A stretch of 64,000 nucleotides of DNA, taken from positions 14,011,375 through 14,075,374 of the forward strand of contig OZ316897.1 in the NCBI GenBank assembly GCA_973895155.1, in the 5' to 3' direction. Both the position numbers and the translations under genes were made by a program. The notes below the pieces were generated by a model. The model was not told the DNA's origin, made no database searches, and saw only the letters and a list, made by a program, of their open reading frames with translations. Positions within the stretch are counted from its first letter, which is position 1, and each line of letters starts with the position of its first letter. Shown piece after piece: positions 22,579 through 36,903 of the stretch. Origin of the DNA: Marsupella aquatica. Its lineage: Eukaryota > Plantae > Marchantiophyta.

Positions 22579-25500
22579 CTTAACCCAACCTAGTCAACAT
22601 TACTAACCTGCCCTCCAAACTAATTTTATTATGTGTTTTCCTGATTCTGTATGTGGGTTCGTTTAACCAGACTAGATCAACCTGAGATGACAATTGGTAT
22701 AGGGACATGTGGAGGTTCATAATTCTCATGGATAGTAGCTGACATGCATTCCGGTGAGTGTCAATTGGGGGAACCTGGTCCAGGGTGAATTATGGGTGAA
22801 GGGGGAGATGGGGGAATCTGGTCCAGGGTGAAGTATGGTTGAAGGGGGGTTAGCACAAGAAAATTGTGACTCTCCATGTGTTGGTGAACCAATCACGTGC
22901 CCTAGTGGGTTACTATAGTTGAGTTAATTAATCCAATGCATATACAAGTAGGGGGCAACCTGATACTTAAATTAGTTTTGGGGTCAGGTTGGTAAATTCA
23001 ACCAGTTTGGGTAGTGAGGATAGTCAAAAACAGTATAAGTGCCAATCCATAAGAAGAAGCTCATAGCAAGGTTTGATCCCAACACCTTAATATGGCTCAC
23101 ATTGAGCTGTCATATTACCATGGCAACACATCTCTAAGCGCGGGTACATTGACGAACAACTATTAATGTGTTTTACCTTGTCAACAGTCCTATGCCCAAT
23201 AACAAATGTTTTTCCAACTAAAAACTTAAATATTTAACCTTGGATTTTCTGTGTGGTCATGGCTGGGACCAGGGTACTGGCCAGGTGACTCATATGTGGA
23301 AGTAAACAAGTAAACTCAAATTGACAGCTCTTACCTCATGTGGTGGGTGATCTTTCAGTTATTGTATTTCACTGGTCAGGTAAGAATGACATTTTAGAAG
23401 ACAAACAAACAAACTACTGTAGTTGACAGGACAGCAAGAAGAGAAACACTCAGCTACACATGTTCAAGTCCAGATTATTTTATAATCAAGCCAGATTGGT
23501 ACCAGTATGGAACTAAAAGGCAGAAGGAGTTCAGATGGATATCAATCTTGTTACAGAGCCGGTCTGACTGGTCTTGCACTGGTTAGGCCACCAAAATCTC
23601 CTTTCATGTCAATTTCAAGCACATCCACAGTTGTACAGGTCAGGGTTGGCTAGATGGTAATCAAGAACCAAATTGCATTCCATTTCTATGATGTACTTGT
23701 CTGGGGGAGGGGGGGTCACTATATGGAAGGCCATACATCACGTGCGACGGTTTGGGTCATTTATGACCCCCCTACGTCACTTTCAATAAAGTTGTACGAC
23801 ACCAATCACGTGATAACATGTATGTATTTGCAATTAAACAACTCTATATTTCCATTGAAGATTTAATAATTAAGTCTTCCACCAAAACCATTTAAATGAC
23901 CCTATACTTTGTCGTATATGATATACCACTTCCATGGAAGTGAGCCCCCCAAGGTACTTGTGACACTTATTCTTAGAAAGGCATGCAGGGATGAGGTTCA
24001 TGAGCATTTTGAGTGATTGCATTTTGGACTAACAGTTGGAAGTATTTCTATAACTCTCGTCCAAAGGAGAAAGGAAGAAGATTCTTAACAAGTAAAGAAA
24101 GAGGCATGTTTATTGACAGAAATGTGTCCAACTCTTGGAAAAGGCTTGTCCAAAAACTGGTGTGTCTTTTCCTTGAATCTGCCAAATGAGTCTCACACTC
24201 ATTTGTTCTCCTCAACATAAAAAAATGTGGATTCTCTGCACGGTCTGCAGCCTACTCCAAGCAGCACCCTGATATAATTCAACAGTTTTGGGCAACCCTA
24301 TACCAATTCAGTTTACTTCTATTAAAAGGCACTGGGATCCAGTAGGAGAGTATGGGTAATTTTGCTTAGTGAAGCATGATGGTGAAATTATTTTAGCGAG
24401 GTTCAAAATCCCATCTAGCCCTATCTGGGGTTATCAGAAATGGTCTTCTCCCACCTTACATATGTAGGAAGATCTGAAGCTTAATCATAATCTTTAATAC
24501 ATTTTTCTTGAGAAAGGTGGATCAAGGGGGGTTGTAAGATGCGAGCAAACAGGATTTTTTTTCCAGCAAGGAAGAGTATTGCTAGCAAGGCAAATCAAAC
24601 TCTGAGCAAGTCACATCAGTCCTAATCAGTGTGAATATATGGAAGGTCTTGGGCACCCCTTTACCAATAAGGTTTCTAGCCTCCAAAGTTGGATTCCTAG
24701 TGCATTTGTAGAACTTCAGATGGTGAGGAGCCCAGAAATTAGGTTATGGAAAAAGGACACAAATATGAAGGTTGTTTGAAACCAGGTTTTGGCTAGTGAG
24801 GACTACCCTTGCTAGCGAAGTGATAGATATTTAGAGTTTTTCTCTAATATGAGGAAAGAGGACAAAAGTATGGTTTTGCGAAGAATTGTTTTCCTGGCAA
24901 CAGGAAAATATTTCTGTTATGACACTGATACCCATCACACTTGTAGTATTCTTAATGCATTTTACTGTAGTTATAAAACATTCTGGGCAATCTGCATGAA
25001 AGTGACCTGACACTTGTAGGTATCAACTTCTCTTTTCAGGCTTGCCATAAGTGATGTATTGAGGGAAAAGCATTGTTGCTTTTTTTTGTTTGAGCGACTT
25101 TCAAGATGTCAGAATCGGGGAAAGTTCCTTATAAACAAGGGTTCTAAACAATCACAGGAGTGCAAAATGTACAAAATTACCTTTGTATGTGAATCACCCA
25201 GAACTGAGTTTATAGTCCCAGTAGTTGTACTCATAAATCTGCTTTTGGAAAAATGAGTACTTGAGGAGGAGAAAGAATGAGGAAGAACAAGAAGAAACCC
25301 AAACATTTTGAATTTTCTGAGATTTGTTGCCCTGCCCTCGTTTTAAGGTATAGTTATTATTTGGTCACTAGGTTTATTTCACGTGCTTGAATGCCACCGT
25401 ATAAACCGACAAGTTGGTTTGTTTCTCATCGAATTAACAGCTCAGATTGCATTTATTTACCCTCTGTGGATGGCCTGGATTGTTTATATACCCCTAGATA

Positions 25501-26789
25501 TTTCCTCGTCCCACACATACGTACCCCGTGCATGTATTCTTTGATGTGCAGGAGTACATACGAAGATACCTACAGTAGAAGGAGGGGGAATACTAAAGGG
25601 GGGCAGGAAGTATGTACAAAGTCAAGGACACAATCCGGGCTGTCCATACTGGATGCAGGGAGGCTGTCTGGGCCACTGATTTTAAAAAACCTAACCTGGT
25701 TTAGTCTTAGTTAAGAGAATGGCATTCTGACAAATAGAATAACAACAGTGGCAAAGTGGTAATTTTTGCATGGAAACAATGGCAAGGTAACGAATCTCGG
25801 TTTGAAGTTTACATTTTAGGAAAGAAATAAATCGAGACAAAAAAGAGTAGAAGTAGGAAGAGCCAAAGGAAACTGAACTTTAAACTTGGATGGGATTGTT
25901 ATTCCTTTTGATTTGCTCAGATAGGATTTCTAAGCTTGTATGGGATCGATAGAACATGCATTTACCTAGAGTAGGATGATGATTGTAGACGTAGAGTGAA
26001 ACATCGTCATTTTCTTACCAATAACATTTTGGGTCACATCCAAATTCAATTGTCTAAGCTTATGACTCTTCAATCCCATGGCAAAAAAATTCAAATAAGA
26101 AGAAGTTTTTACTTTCACAAAAGGCAGGGGAAGCTCAAATGGACATGGGAAACCCTGACGAAAACAAAGTAAACATCTGCAGATATTTGCATAACATGGT
26201 TTATACTTATGTTACAAAGACTGCTGCATTTGACCAAAATGATTCCTCCAGTAATTTGTCCATGCAGCACCCTTCTTTCTCATTCAACTTATGGAGTTGT
26301 GTTCTATTGGTTATCATGGTTACAGTACCTGTAACCTCGTATGCTTCCAGAGAATGACACTGTAATGTTCTGGGATTCCAATGGCACTATAAAATTTTCT
26401 GTGTCTAGCCTAGTAACAGTGTAGTGTCAAATGCCACTATCAAAAATGCTATCCCAGTAAGAGTGTCCAGTAGTGTCGCACATTGTGTTCATGTTCATCT
26501 GAGCTTCCTTTTTCATAGGAACACCAAGAGTATAGTATCCAAAAATTTATCTTCATCTGAGCTTCCATTGCAAAGAAACACTAAACCACACCTGTCCGTA
26601 TAAAAGGGCCCCATTTCTTGCCCTATTGCTCATTCTTACCCCTTGGTGAACAATCTACTGACAGTAAAAAGTGGAGCCCAAGTCCCTCTTCTACACAAAT
26701 CCTTTCCCAGTGAAATTGAAAGTGTGCATTGTATAATGAGAGCTATGGGTAACCTGTAGCTCTTATACAGGTAGTTGTGGTTAAGAGTT

Positions 26790-27680
26790 TATTGTCAAAC
26801 ATTTGTGTCTATCTTAGCTTCCACTTCAATTGAAACATTGTCAGTGCAGGGTCAAACATTTATGCTCATCCTAGCTTTCACTTTCATATACACATTAACA
26901 ATGTAGTGTCAAGCATTTGTGTTCATCCAAGATTCCACTTCCATAGAAACATTTTGGTCTTCATCCCCAACCACTCTCATAGAAAGTGTCAAGCATTCGT
27001 GTTCATCCAAGTTTCCACTTCCATAGAAACAATTTGGTCTTCATCCCCAACCTTTTTCATAGAAACATTAGCAATGTAGTGTCAAGCATTTGTGTTCATC
27101 CAAGCTTTCACTTCCATAGAAAGATTTTGGTCTTCATCCCCAACCACTTTCATAGAATTATTAAGAACGTAATGTCAAGCATTTGTGTTCATCCAAGCTT
27201 ATGACCCCAGCTTCTGGGCTATTGTCAAACATGTGTGTTCATTGGAGCTTCCATTTCCATAGAAACATTTTGGTATTCATCCCCAGCTTATGACTCCAGC
27301 TTAAGGGACTACTGTCAAACATTTGTGTTCATCCAAGCTTCCACTTCCCTAGAAACATTTTGATATTCATCCCCAACTTATGGCCTCAGCTTCTGGACTA
27401 TTGCAAAATATTTGTGTTCATCCTAGCTCCCACTTCCATGGAAACATGTTGGTATCCATCCCCAACTTATGACTCCACGTTGTGGACTATTGTCCAACAT
27501 TTGTATTATATTTGTGTTCATCCTAGCTTCCACTTCCATAGAAACATTTGCTATCCCATCCCCAACTTATCACTCCAGCTTCTTGCGTATTGTCAAACAT
27601 GTGTGTTCATTCGAGCTTCCATTTCCATAGAAACATTTCGGTCATCTCCAACTTTTCACTCCAGCTTCTGGACTACCGTC
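26790..27680. repeat. Degenerate tandem repeat array, unit ~90 bp (extra copy at ~28029-28110)
   Basis: Recurring TGTCAAACATTTGTGTTCATCCAAGCTTCCACTTCCATAGAAACATTTTGG, e.g. at 27223, 27313, ~27491, 27591. Confidence 0.9.
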
Positions 27681-28231
27681 TTCCCCTGAACACAATGCCC
27701 GGGTGTTGTGTTTGAGAATGAATTTTTTTCAGGTGTCCATAAGAAAAAATATTTTTTCTTCAAACACAACGTCATGGGCGTTGTGTTCGAATGTTGGAGC
27801 TGTGTTTGAGTTGGACACTCTGTTCAAGATTTGACACTAAACTATTCTACATTGAACACAAATAGCAAAAAATTCAAAAAGCACATGCCAGTCAATATTC
27901 AAACACAACTTAGTGTAAAGATCAAAAATGAAAACACATAATCAAAACTCGAATACAACACACCCTGGTGCACTATTCTAATAGAGCGCCCCATGACCCA
28001 CTATTTGAATGAGTTTGGGAAAGGGTAGTGTCAAACATGTGTGTTCATTCGAGCTTCCATTTTATATAGGAAGGTTTTGGTATTCATCCCCAGCTTATGA
28101 CTCCAGCTTATTGACTCGTGTGGCCTGTTCAGTCTCGAGGTTTAGTCGAGATTTTCACATGTTTCGTGTCTCTCCTGTTGAAGTCTCCATTCAAGCTCTC
28201 GCGTCCTCTCGTCTGGACTCCTCTCTGGGGT

Positions 28232-28378
28232 TTAGTCTCAGGGTTTAGTGAAGCGCAGATTTCCCACTTTGTTGTCTGTGGGCGAGCTCTACATTCTGTG
28301 CAATTAGTCTCAGGGTTTAGTGGAGCGCAGATTTCCCACTTTGTTGTCTGTGGGCGAGCTCTACATTCTGTGCAATTA
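28232..28378. repeat. 72-bp tandem duplication in the promoter of the 28508 gene
   Basis: ttagtctcagggtttagtg...cattctgtgcaa at 28232 and 28304. Confidence 0.92.
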
Positions 28379-28507
28379 AACATCTCCTGAATTCTCTCGC
28401 GCCTTTGCGTCTGCTCGTCTCTCTTCGCTCGTTTTCTTTTCGCTCGTCTTCTTTTCTCTCGTCTCTCCACTCTCCTTCTTTCTTCGTCGTCCTCTGCGTC
28501 AGCCGCG

Positions 28508-28966
28508 ATGGTCATGGCGGAGCAGCAGCAGAAAGAGCAAGAATTGGGGCAGAAGGCAAAATTCCCACCATTGTTGCAGCAGCAGAGTGCCAATGCCAAT
28601 GCGCCCCCGAGGAGACCCAGCCCGGAGGAGATGATCGAGTACTACCGCCGGAAGGGGCTCGACAAGCAGGCGGCCACGGAAAAGGTGATAGACGATTTGC
28701 AGAAGGCGCTCAGCATTGCGGTTGGGCGGTATCCGAGGAAAGCGCAGGAGGTGGAGAAGTCGGTGCGCTCTGTCTCCGGCACTCTCGACTCGTTGACGAC
28801 CCGGCTGAGCGCCGTGGAGGCGAAGGTGGACGAGAAACCAGACTTGGGCGGCGTGTTCGTGGCTGGCGTGGCCGCCGGGGGGTTCTTGCAAGCCGTGCCG
28901 CACGTTTGGAAAGCAATTTCTCAAGTGAGCCGGAGTATAAAGGACACCATTTCGCCGAAGGAGTGA
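28508..28966 (+). CDS. Conserved plant protein of unknown function (152 aa, coiled coil plus C-terminal hydrophobic helix)
   Basis: GC-rich coding bias and CT-rich 5' leader. The pattern PSPEEMIEYY..GL...A..KVI.DLQ...K.D.KP...GVA.G....PHV resembles a land-plant uncharacterised family (from recall). Confidence 0.85.
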   Translation: MVMAEQQQKEQELGQKAKFPPLLQQQSANANAPPRRPSPEEMIEYYRRKGLDKQAATEKVIDDLQKALSIAVGRYPRKAQEVEKSVRSVSGTLDSLTTRLSAVEAKVDEKPDLGGVFVAGVAAGGFLQAVPHVWKAISQVSRSIKDTISPKE

Positions 28967-31900
28967 CAATCTGCTGAGGAAGGAATTCTTGTTTGGGCGT
29001 GCATTTTTCTCGTAAACCTGAGGTGAGATTTCTTTATTTGCAATGAGGAGTTCGTGAACTCTCGAGTGTCAATTTTGTGGAAGGATTGGCCGAGGAACAG
29101 GCGGAGATTTTTTATTTTCTTCTCATGTTGTAGATTCACATACAAGAGGAGTCACCATCCTCTGCCCAGCATTTTACTTCCTCTGCGTAGCTACGGGGCT
29201 GAAATAAATTTTTCTAGCTACACACTCCAACCAGGTAGCTTGGGCAGAAAAATTTCGTTTCATCATATAGATGTGGAAGAATCCTGTAAAAATCAGGATT
29301 ATACTTCACACGTGGTAGGAATGTAGTTTTGGTAGGAAGGAACGATGTTTAGGAGACCAGAGAGTCAGTAAGGTTCAGTGCGTGTATTTAGCTTGAGGCT
29401 GACTAGATAGCAGGGATGTAAGTGAGATACAAAATCGAGCAACAGAAATCCTGGTCTACAACTGTTCCATGAGTGCTCCTGATGGTTCGAGTCGAACAAG
29501 GGTCAGGAATTGGTGGCCCGAATTTCAACTACCATGTAGAAATGAGGACTGAACGACTCTTAATCGTAATGGGGGTTTTATGAACAGTGATTCTAGATAG
29601 AAATCATAAGATCTCCGAAACGCGACCTAGGTCCGAAAACTCCCTGCGGGGCTGTGCAACGAAGAACCATTTCATCCATGTTGATAGCAACGCCTTTGTT
29701 CACGAGGTGGCATGAAAGTGCCACGATCAGTCACTACATAATTTTGATCTCGTTGTTTTCCTTGCAGTCAAAATGGAACCATGTGGTAGCCAATGGAGTT
29801 CTTTAATGCTCGTTACCCTACGGAAGGCAGTGAATATTCTGATGGTTGTCGCTCATTGCAGCCTGTCATTGCTTTTCGTTGGATCACGTTGTGTATGTTT
29901 GGAAGGCTTTCTCGCTTTACGGCTCCTAAGCTTGCAGGTGGAGGGTCGAAAGATAATGAGTCAGGAGGCTCGTTAGGGTTTAGGATTTGCAGGGTCCAGG
30001 ACCAATCTGGACCAATCTCACTGAGTCTATCTTGAAAATATAGTCCAATACTAACCGAAATGCAAGGAACTAATTGATTGTGGTACATGTGATTACAAGG
30101 GCACCTTCCAGTTGCAGTAGCATTAACAAGGGCAAGCCCCAAGTCTGGGGAGTGTGATTTGCATGCATTGATGTTTTGTCAGCTATCTAAAGCTTGGATA
30201 GCTAATCAGGAGTGTTGTTCGTGAGTTTCCACAGTTCCAGTTGCCGTGAGTTCGTACCAAGCAATTGTGGTATTATAGTAATCTATTGTCAGCAAGATCC
30301 TGCTTGTCTGTTTTAGTTATAGCATGGTTTCCCTTTTTTGTGATGCTGTGGGAATGCACTAGAGTGGAGCAAACTCGAGACTCAAAGCTGCCTGGAACCA
30401 AGTGGCGGTGTTTTCCTATCAACCTTGATTTGTGGTATCGATCATAGGCGTCGTTACAATGTAGCTACCACTGACGGTACTTCCAAATCTTCCATCTACA
30501 TAGGTGAATCTGAAATGAATGCATGTACAAAAACTATACACATCTTCCAAAAATATACATCCATTCTGATTGCCTACTCGGGTAACCACTTTGAAGTAAC
30601 TCATGTCGTGCTATTTCCGAGTTGTGTTAGATCGCCATTTGTCATGGTTATGAGTTGCATCACTTTATCCCTTTTACTGCTAATGGAGATCTTATTGTGA
30701 CGGGAAACTCCTATGCCGGCCTCTGGCACAGCAAAACTGAGGACTGTTCAGAAGCTCAATTTTCGGGTAAATTCTTAGGACCGCTACTAGACTACTCGTG
30801 ACCACATGCAAAAGCCGGGAGAACCAGATGAAGCGTGCCGACGAATTCAATTTTCGGGTAAGTTCTTAGAACCGCTACTAGACTGTTCCTCTGCCAACAC
30901 TCAACAGCAGACTAAGCATGCAACATTTACACTGAACTCCAGCGATTGTACAAGGCTGTCTAGTACAAGTGACCTGAAAGTTCCATCTTCAAGCAGCAAA
31001 AACAGTAAAAATCGATTGTAATCACAGGGCATCGACAGTGGTGATCGGTGTCTATATAACGCGAGTTACAGAATGATCACAAGAGTCAGTTCAGTTCTCA
31101 CACCAGTTACCAAATGAGGGCAAATTGATGAAACTAGTATAAATCCTAGAAGATGAAATAACGTTTATATGACGGTTGATAATAAAATTGAGCCAGACAA
31201 ATAAAATGGCTCTTTCCAATTCCTATATTAACCCCTGCAGGGTTTTGCTGTGGTGCGATACTTTTCCGTTACCCCAAGTGGACTTTCTATACAGGTCTTC
31301 TTTATATGAATCATCAAGGCCCATGAGAAACGCAGTGTTACCATCATTTACTCTTTATTAACCGCCCAAGTAACGTTTTCATATCACAGGCGGTCCAATA
31401 TAATTTACTTCCTGTAATAGGGTACATTTTACGCATCATACCCGCCTATGTATTGACGCTGAAGCTGATAACTTTTCTTCGACGGGGCGGATAGGTGAAC
31501 AAGTTTCAATTCCGTTCCCGATATGCAAACTAATCTCCCAAGGAAGATGTGTCCACTTGCAAGACCACTGATGAGAGTGCTGCAGGTATTTCTCAAACTA
31601 TCATTGTTGTCACATACAAGGTTTCGAGACTGTCAGCGTGGACTTCAGAAAATTTTGGGGGTGACAAACAACATATGAATGTCATGTGATACCTGAAAAG
31701 AAAGAAAAAAAAACCATGATTTAGCCGCTTTAAACAAATCTCCTACTCGTCTCTTCCATTACTATCCAAGCGAAATGGAATGAGTTTCCCGCGTGGTAAA
31801 GGACAAGCCTGGAGTGCTCACTCGAAATTTGGAGTCAAAACTCTAATGATCAAAGGTCGGATTGTCCATGCATAAGACTACGTGATCGCCTTCAACAGAG

Positions 31901-32081
31901 CTCCAATCTCAAGAGTCTATACCCAACTCATCTGTGGGCGGCTGTAGTCGCCAAGATGTTCCTGGGTCTGCTGAAGCGTTTCTAATAGATGGAGCTAACG
32001 GTAATCTGACGCCAGTCAGAACTCGAACACGATTCCCTCTTCAAAAAAGCCGCCTCCAATGTGGTAAATCTAATGAAGTAC

Positions 32082-35000
32082 TCAGCACAAAGAGGACCTC
32101 AAGGGTAAAGTTGTTTGTAAGAACTTGGTGTTCACACCTGAATCCCTTACGACAGCAACGCGGCCAGTTCGTGCCACCTGCAAGGAAATTACCGTTTGCT
32201 TAGAGAGAAGAAAATGCAAGAGCCTGACAATTTCCTGCCATTCTAAATTCGTCGATCTCCTCTGCATCGAGATGAAATCATTGCAGCTTTTGACTGGCAC
32301 CTAGATTACTTGTGAAAATAATTTAGTAACGTTCTTGGCATATTATCCACCATACGTATGCGTACCTCCAGTATACCATAAGGCTCAAGCAGCCGTTGCA
32401 AAGCAGCCATTTTCTCCAAAACTCCAGTAACCTGCCAAATTCATGGATTATTTGGTAAGAGCTCTTCAAGATGTGCATTTTATGAACGAGGATTTGGATT
32501 GTGATACTCACCTTCTAAACTTGCAATAACGACACGGAAAAGTATCAATATAGCTCTGTACAGACGTCAGGCTATAGAACCACAAACAGTCAAGTACCTC
32601 AAGGGTGATAGTGTGATTCGAAACATCGATAACCTTCGCACGAAAAATACTCGCAATGTCTAAAAGATTTCTCCTCACATTTGCCTTTGCTTCAACTTTA
32701 ATGAGCATAAGCTCCCTGTCAGCATACGGCAGTGCCGTGATATCTTGGACCTGCAAAACTCTTTGAAACTGCTTGAGAACATATAAAACTCACGCCTGTA
32801 GAACGCTTTGAAACTACTGGACGACTTGTTAAAACTCATGTTTCCAGCATTTTCTAATCCCTTAAAATGGTTTGGTTTCATGGAGGGTTTAAATCACTCC
32901 CTGGTGAAACACATCCATGTCTTCAATCTTGCGTATTTTCCAAGAATCTTCCATGGGACAACAGACCAACAGTTCCAGCTCCATTCCGGACGATAGAATA
33001 CCCAAAAATAAATCTTACGGTATAGTTTTGTGTGGAATCCTTTCTTTAGAGACGTTTTCCAAACAAACTGCAAAATGTGATTCATATTTCACTTTCCAGA
33101 GTAGTTTCTAAGATTTGTTTCTTGATCTTCTAATGAGTTCCTCGTTTCTCTCGTACTAACGATCTGCTAATTAAGATCCGACGGTGTTGTAGAATATAAA
33201 CACAAAATTTATGCTACAATTTCTATTAGATTATCTACTACCCATTATTGTCGCTAAAGTAAGTCCGATATCCAATTTGAGGTGGAACCATAGGTACCAG
33301 AGGAAGAATGTAACTCCGCTCTTCTACATGCAGCGATATGCTTTTTTCTATCTACGTCGTGATTGATCATTTACTCCCCACTTTGTATTCCCATCAACTT
33401 CATTCTATCTTCACATGGCAAAATTGTGTGCTAAAAGTTTAAGCAATAGAGTTATAATCAATTGATGCAACGTTTCTCAGATTCTTACAGTTATGAAATG
33501 GGCCTGAAACGAATAATAAACTGAAGGTATACATCATGACTGCCAGACCTGAATGATATCAATAAGCTTCAAGAGCTGTCGCAGCAGCTTATTTATAGAC
33601 TCGTCAGAGCCTGGGACCACCATGGTCATGCGAGATATTCCTTCTTCCTCTGCAGGCCCAACAGCCAAGCTCTGCACTCAGAGGTGAAGAACTGTAAGAT
33701 TAAGGTACGCTGTGATGAGTACCACATATTTGCCAGCACGAATCTGGAAACCCATGTAGGTCTTGTCCAACAAGGGAATAGCAACATATTTAGCAATCAT
33801 TGTCAACTCCGACTGACAGCATCACACCCACCTCGGAATTCTCTTTACAGGGGAAAATCAACATGGTAGGTTCATACCTGAATGTTATAGCCACGTCGGG
33901 CAAAAACACCAGTCACCCGATTGAGAACTCCAGGAGAGTCATTCACCAGCATACACAGTGTATGTGACTTGAAACCGGTTGCCTGTCATACGCCAGATCC
34001 ATCACAAAACATAACAACTCATTCTAAAAATGAATATCATGTACATTAAATTGAACTTAAAGTCATCCCCATATTACATAGCCGTATACAACAGAGACCT
34101 TGTACTCTCAGGAAGTAAGTCTTAGAGATTACATCTTCAGCATCCACATCTCCCCAATGAGCATCCAGGACCTGATGATACCAAACTCCATCGTCATCTG
34201 CATCAACTGCATACACATCACCCTGCATAAAGCAGAGAGTTACATGAGTTTTCTCCTGAATACAGTCCTTAATCTTTAGTACAACTTGAGTTTTTAAGTA
34301 ACCTTCAGACCAAATTCTTAGGAAACTGTCCGAGGATCGACAGACAATGACATCAAATTGCAATTGCTGGGAGATTTGTTCATCAATGCACGTGAATGGA
34401 AAGACGTTAGTAAACATCCTGAAGGATATATATAAAGTCCGAGGTCCAATACCGTCTTGAAATTCACGTCAATCCGACAACAATCGACGAGCAGACAAGA
34501 CATAGCAACACAATGACGAGCAGACAAGGCATAACAATCCATCCAGAATTGTCAAGTACCACAGCTTGTAGTCACAGTGGCCCTACAAGCTCTAGTATGT
34601 TGAAACATGCGACGAACAGACATGCTCGCTCAAGTCATACTCACACTGGGGCCTGATGGCGACAGGGCAGTGATGTGACCTCCGGTCTCTTGTAGTTGAC
34701 TTTCTTGTAGTTCATAGTCTAGTTCTGGACCTTCCTGTGGTGTTGCCACAAAATGCTCCACCGACTTTTCTCTCTTCAAAGCTATCTGTTGAAAGAAGGG
34801 ATGGGCGGAGGCCAATCAAGAACAACAGCAGTTTCACATGATGGACTTAATGGTATCAGGGATAACGAGGAAAACAAGTTCAAACTCGCTAAAAAGCAAA
34901 TCGCATGCATCATCAACCTGGAAACATTTTGGGTGGAATTTCCCACACGATAATAGTCTCTGAGGGTTGAAGAAACTTCAGCTGAGATCGATACGCAACA

Positions 35001-36903
35001 GAAAAAGATGAGGAAACACATCCCCTCATCCGTCTAATTTCGTTTAGTACTGCACATCATTTGTCGTAAATCACACACCTTCCCAGTTCTTGCAAGCTCC
35101 CTAATTCCAAATTTGCTCATGGTTGTCTGAAAGGCAACTAATTTTCCTGGATCACCAGTTAGCTGCAAAACGTGCATTGTGGTCAAAAACAACTTGGATT
35201 ATATTGTCCCTGTCACATTGAACAGCTTCCTCTCCGCACCTTTGGCTTCAATTGTATTAGTGTCCCTGAGGTTTCCTACGATCCAGAAAGTAGTTCAAAA
35301 TCAAGAAGCATCCGAAGAGCATCTGGTATTGTTTTGATAGTCACTTTGAAAATTTGGTTGGAAACATGTGATGATCTTATGAAATTTACATCGGAAGTGC
35401 AGCGTCGTGAATTACGAGGTGGAATTATGTTGAGAGCTTACTTCAATGGTCAGTGAATCTTCAGCGACGTCAACAATACGGCCTCTGAAAATTTGCACCA
35501 AGCTATGTACCTGTTTGTAGACACAGTTACTGTAAGTGTTGTTGAAGAATTTATAACCCACATTGGCACATTAACCTTGCACAGTGATGGTATGATGTAT
35601 TCGAAATAAACAAACTGGGTAACAGCACTGGTGACGAGCTGGACAAGCTGATGCTTCAGTATTCTTCAGGTTTGTGGCTAATACAAGTTTAGAGAGTTCG
35701 ATACTTGACGTTCTCTATTAGGAACACATAGCTATACCCAACGGACTCACCTCTACACGTTGCTGTGCTGATACGTTGATTTTCAGTAGCATCAGTTCTC
35801 GTTCAACCTTTTTCTCCTTTGTAAGATCTTCAACCTGTACGAAGGTTAGGAAGGAAGATTGAAATGGGTTAAAAAAAAGCAATTATCCACCACGACGGGA
35901 GTCTCCATGCATTCCTCTTTAGAGCAAGAATCGATATTCCAATTCGGCTTTATAAACCCTCACAATCCAACCATTAATACATACAACACAAGCAGACAAG
36001 AAACCTCCCCTTAAACCCCTTCTAGTCCGAGGAGTGGATCGTGAACCCTAAACGCTAAACCCCTAAGATTGCTTAGAATGTGGCCTTCGAAAGCAAACTA
36101 GCGATTATCATGAAGGTCACTAACTATAATGTGGCCCTAATCCACATGCGATTTAGCCTCTAAGAGTACACATGTCACCTCCACAACATTTCATCTATCT
36201 TCGCAGACCCCACTCTCACTGACCCCTCAAGAAAAGAAGGGAGACCGGGAAGGAATTGTAATCGTTGCCACAAATGCAAGATGATGTAGGTAAACCGTAG
36301 TGCAAGAGGTACCTGGCGCACGTTAACGAGCTTGTACAGCTGCTGCATCACCTGCTGCAACACAAGTTCCGTTCCAGTGACAACAATAGTGAACAATGCC
36401 TTATCTCTGTTCAAGCCCACAGCCAGAGACTCAATGTTATAGCCTCTGCGAGCAATCACGCCAGCGATTCGATTGATCATTCCACTCTCGTCGCCCACAA
36501 ACACTGAAATCGTATGACGCCGCACCCTGTCGTAGACAAAGAGGTTTAGAAGAAGAAAGGTCGATCCTCCAACGATAGAGTCCATCCATTATGATGCAAA
36601 AACTCCAAAGCTTCCAGGAGGAGACCTTACGTACCCTTGAAAAGATCGAGTAGGTGCCGTGTCTGGAATTCTCGGTGGCAAAGTTGCCGCGCATCGTGGA
36701 GCAAGGGATCTCCGGTATCGACATTGCCCAGTGGACGAAGACGGGATGGACTGCCATCCATCTTTAAAAGCCCTCCTTCTTCCTCCACCTCCAGAAAATT
36801 GCACTGATGACGACGTCCGCTGTTCCAGCAGCTGGAGCTGCAGCGCAAGCGAGCTTCGAGGAGAGATGGAAGCTCTCGCAAGGAGTTGCACGGCTGCCTC
36901 CAT
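32082..36903 (-). CDS. AHASS: Acetolactate synthase (AHAS) small regulatory subunit, plastid-targeted, two ACT repeats
   Basis: 12 GT-AG exons: 36903-36635, 36526-36313, 35834-35751, 35510-35442, 35162-35079, 34785-34645, 34222-34133, 33982-33878, 33671-33549, 32750-32598, 32431-32366, 32177-32082. Motifs [34 protein letters not shown] and [44 protein letters not shown]. Confidence 0.97.

Noticed and set aside
26790-27680. CRISPR-like array
   Set aside because: Whole units are degenerate repeats with no unique spacers, the context is eukaryotic and there are no cas genes.
28129-28977. Overlapping and antisense ORFs around the 28508 gene
   Set aside because: Shadow frames of a GC-rich CDS and of the 72-bp duplication.
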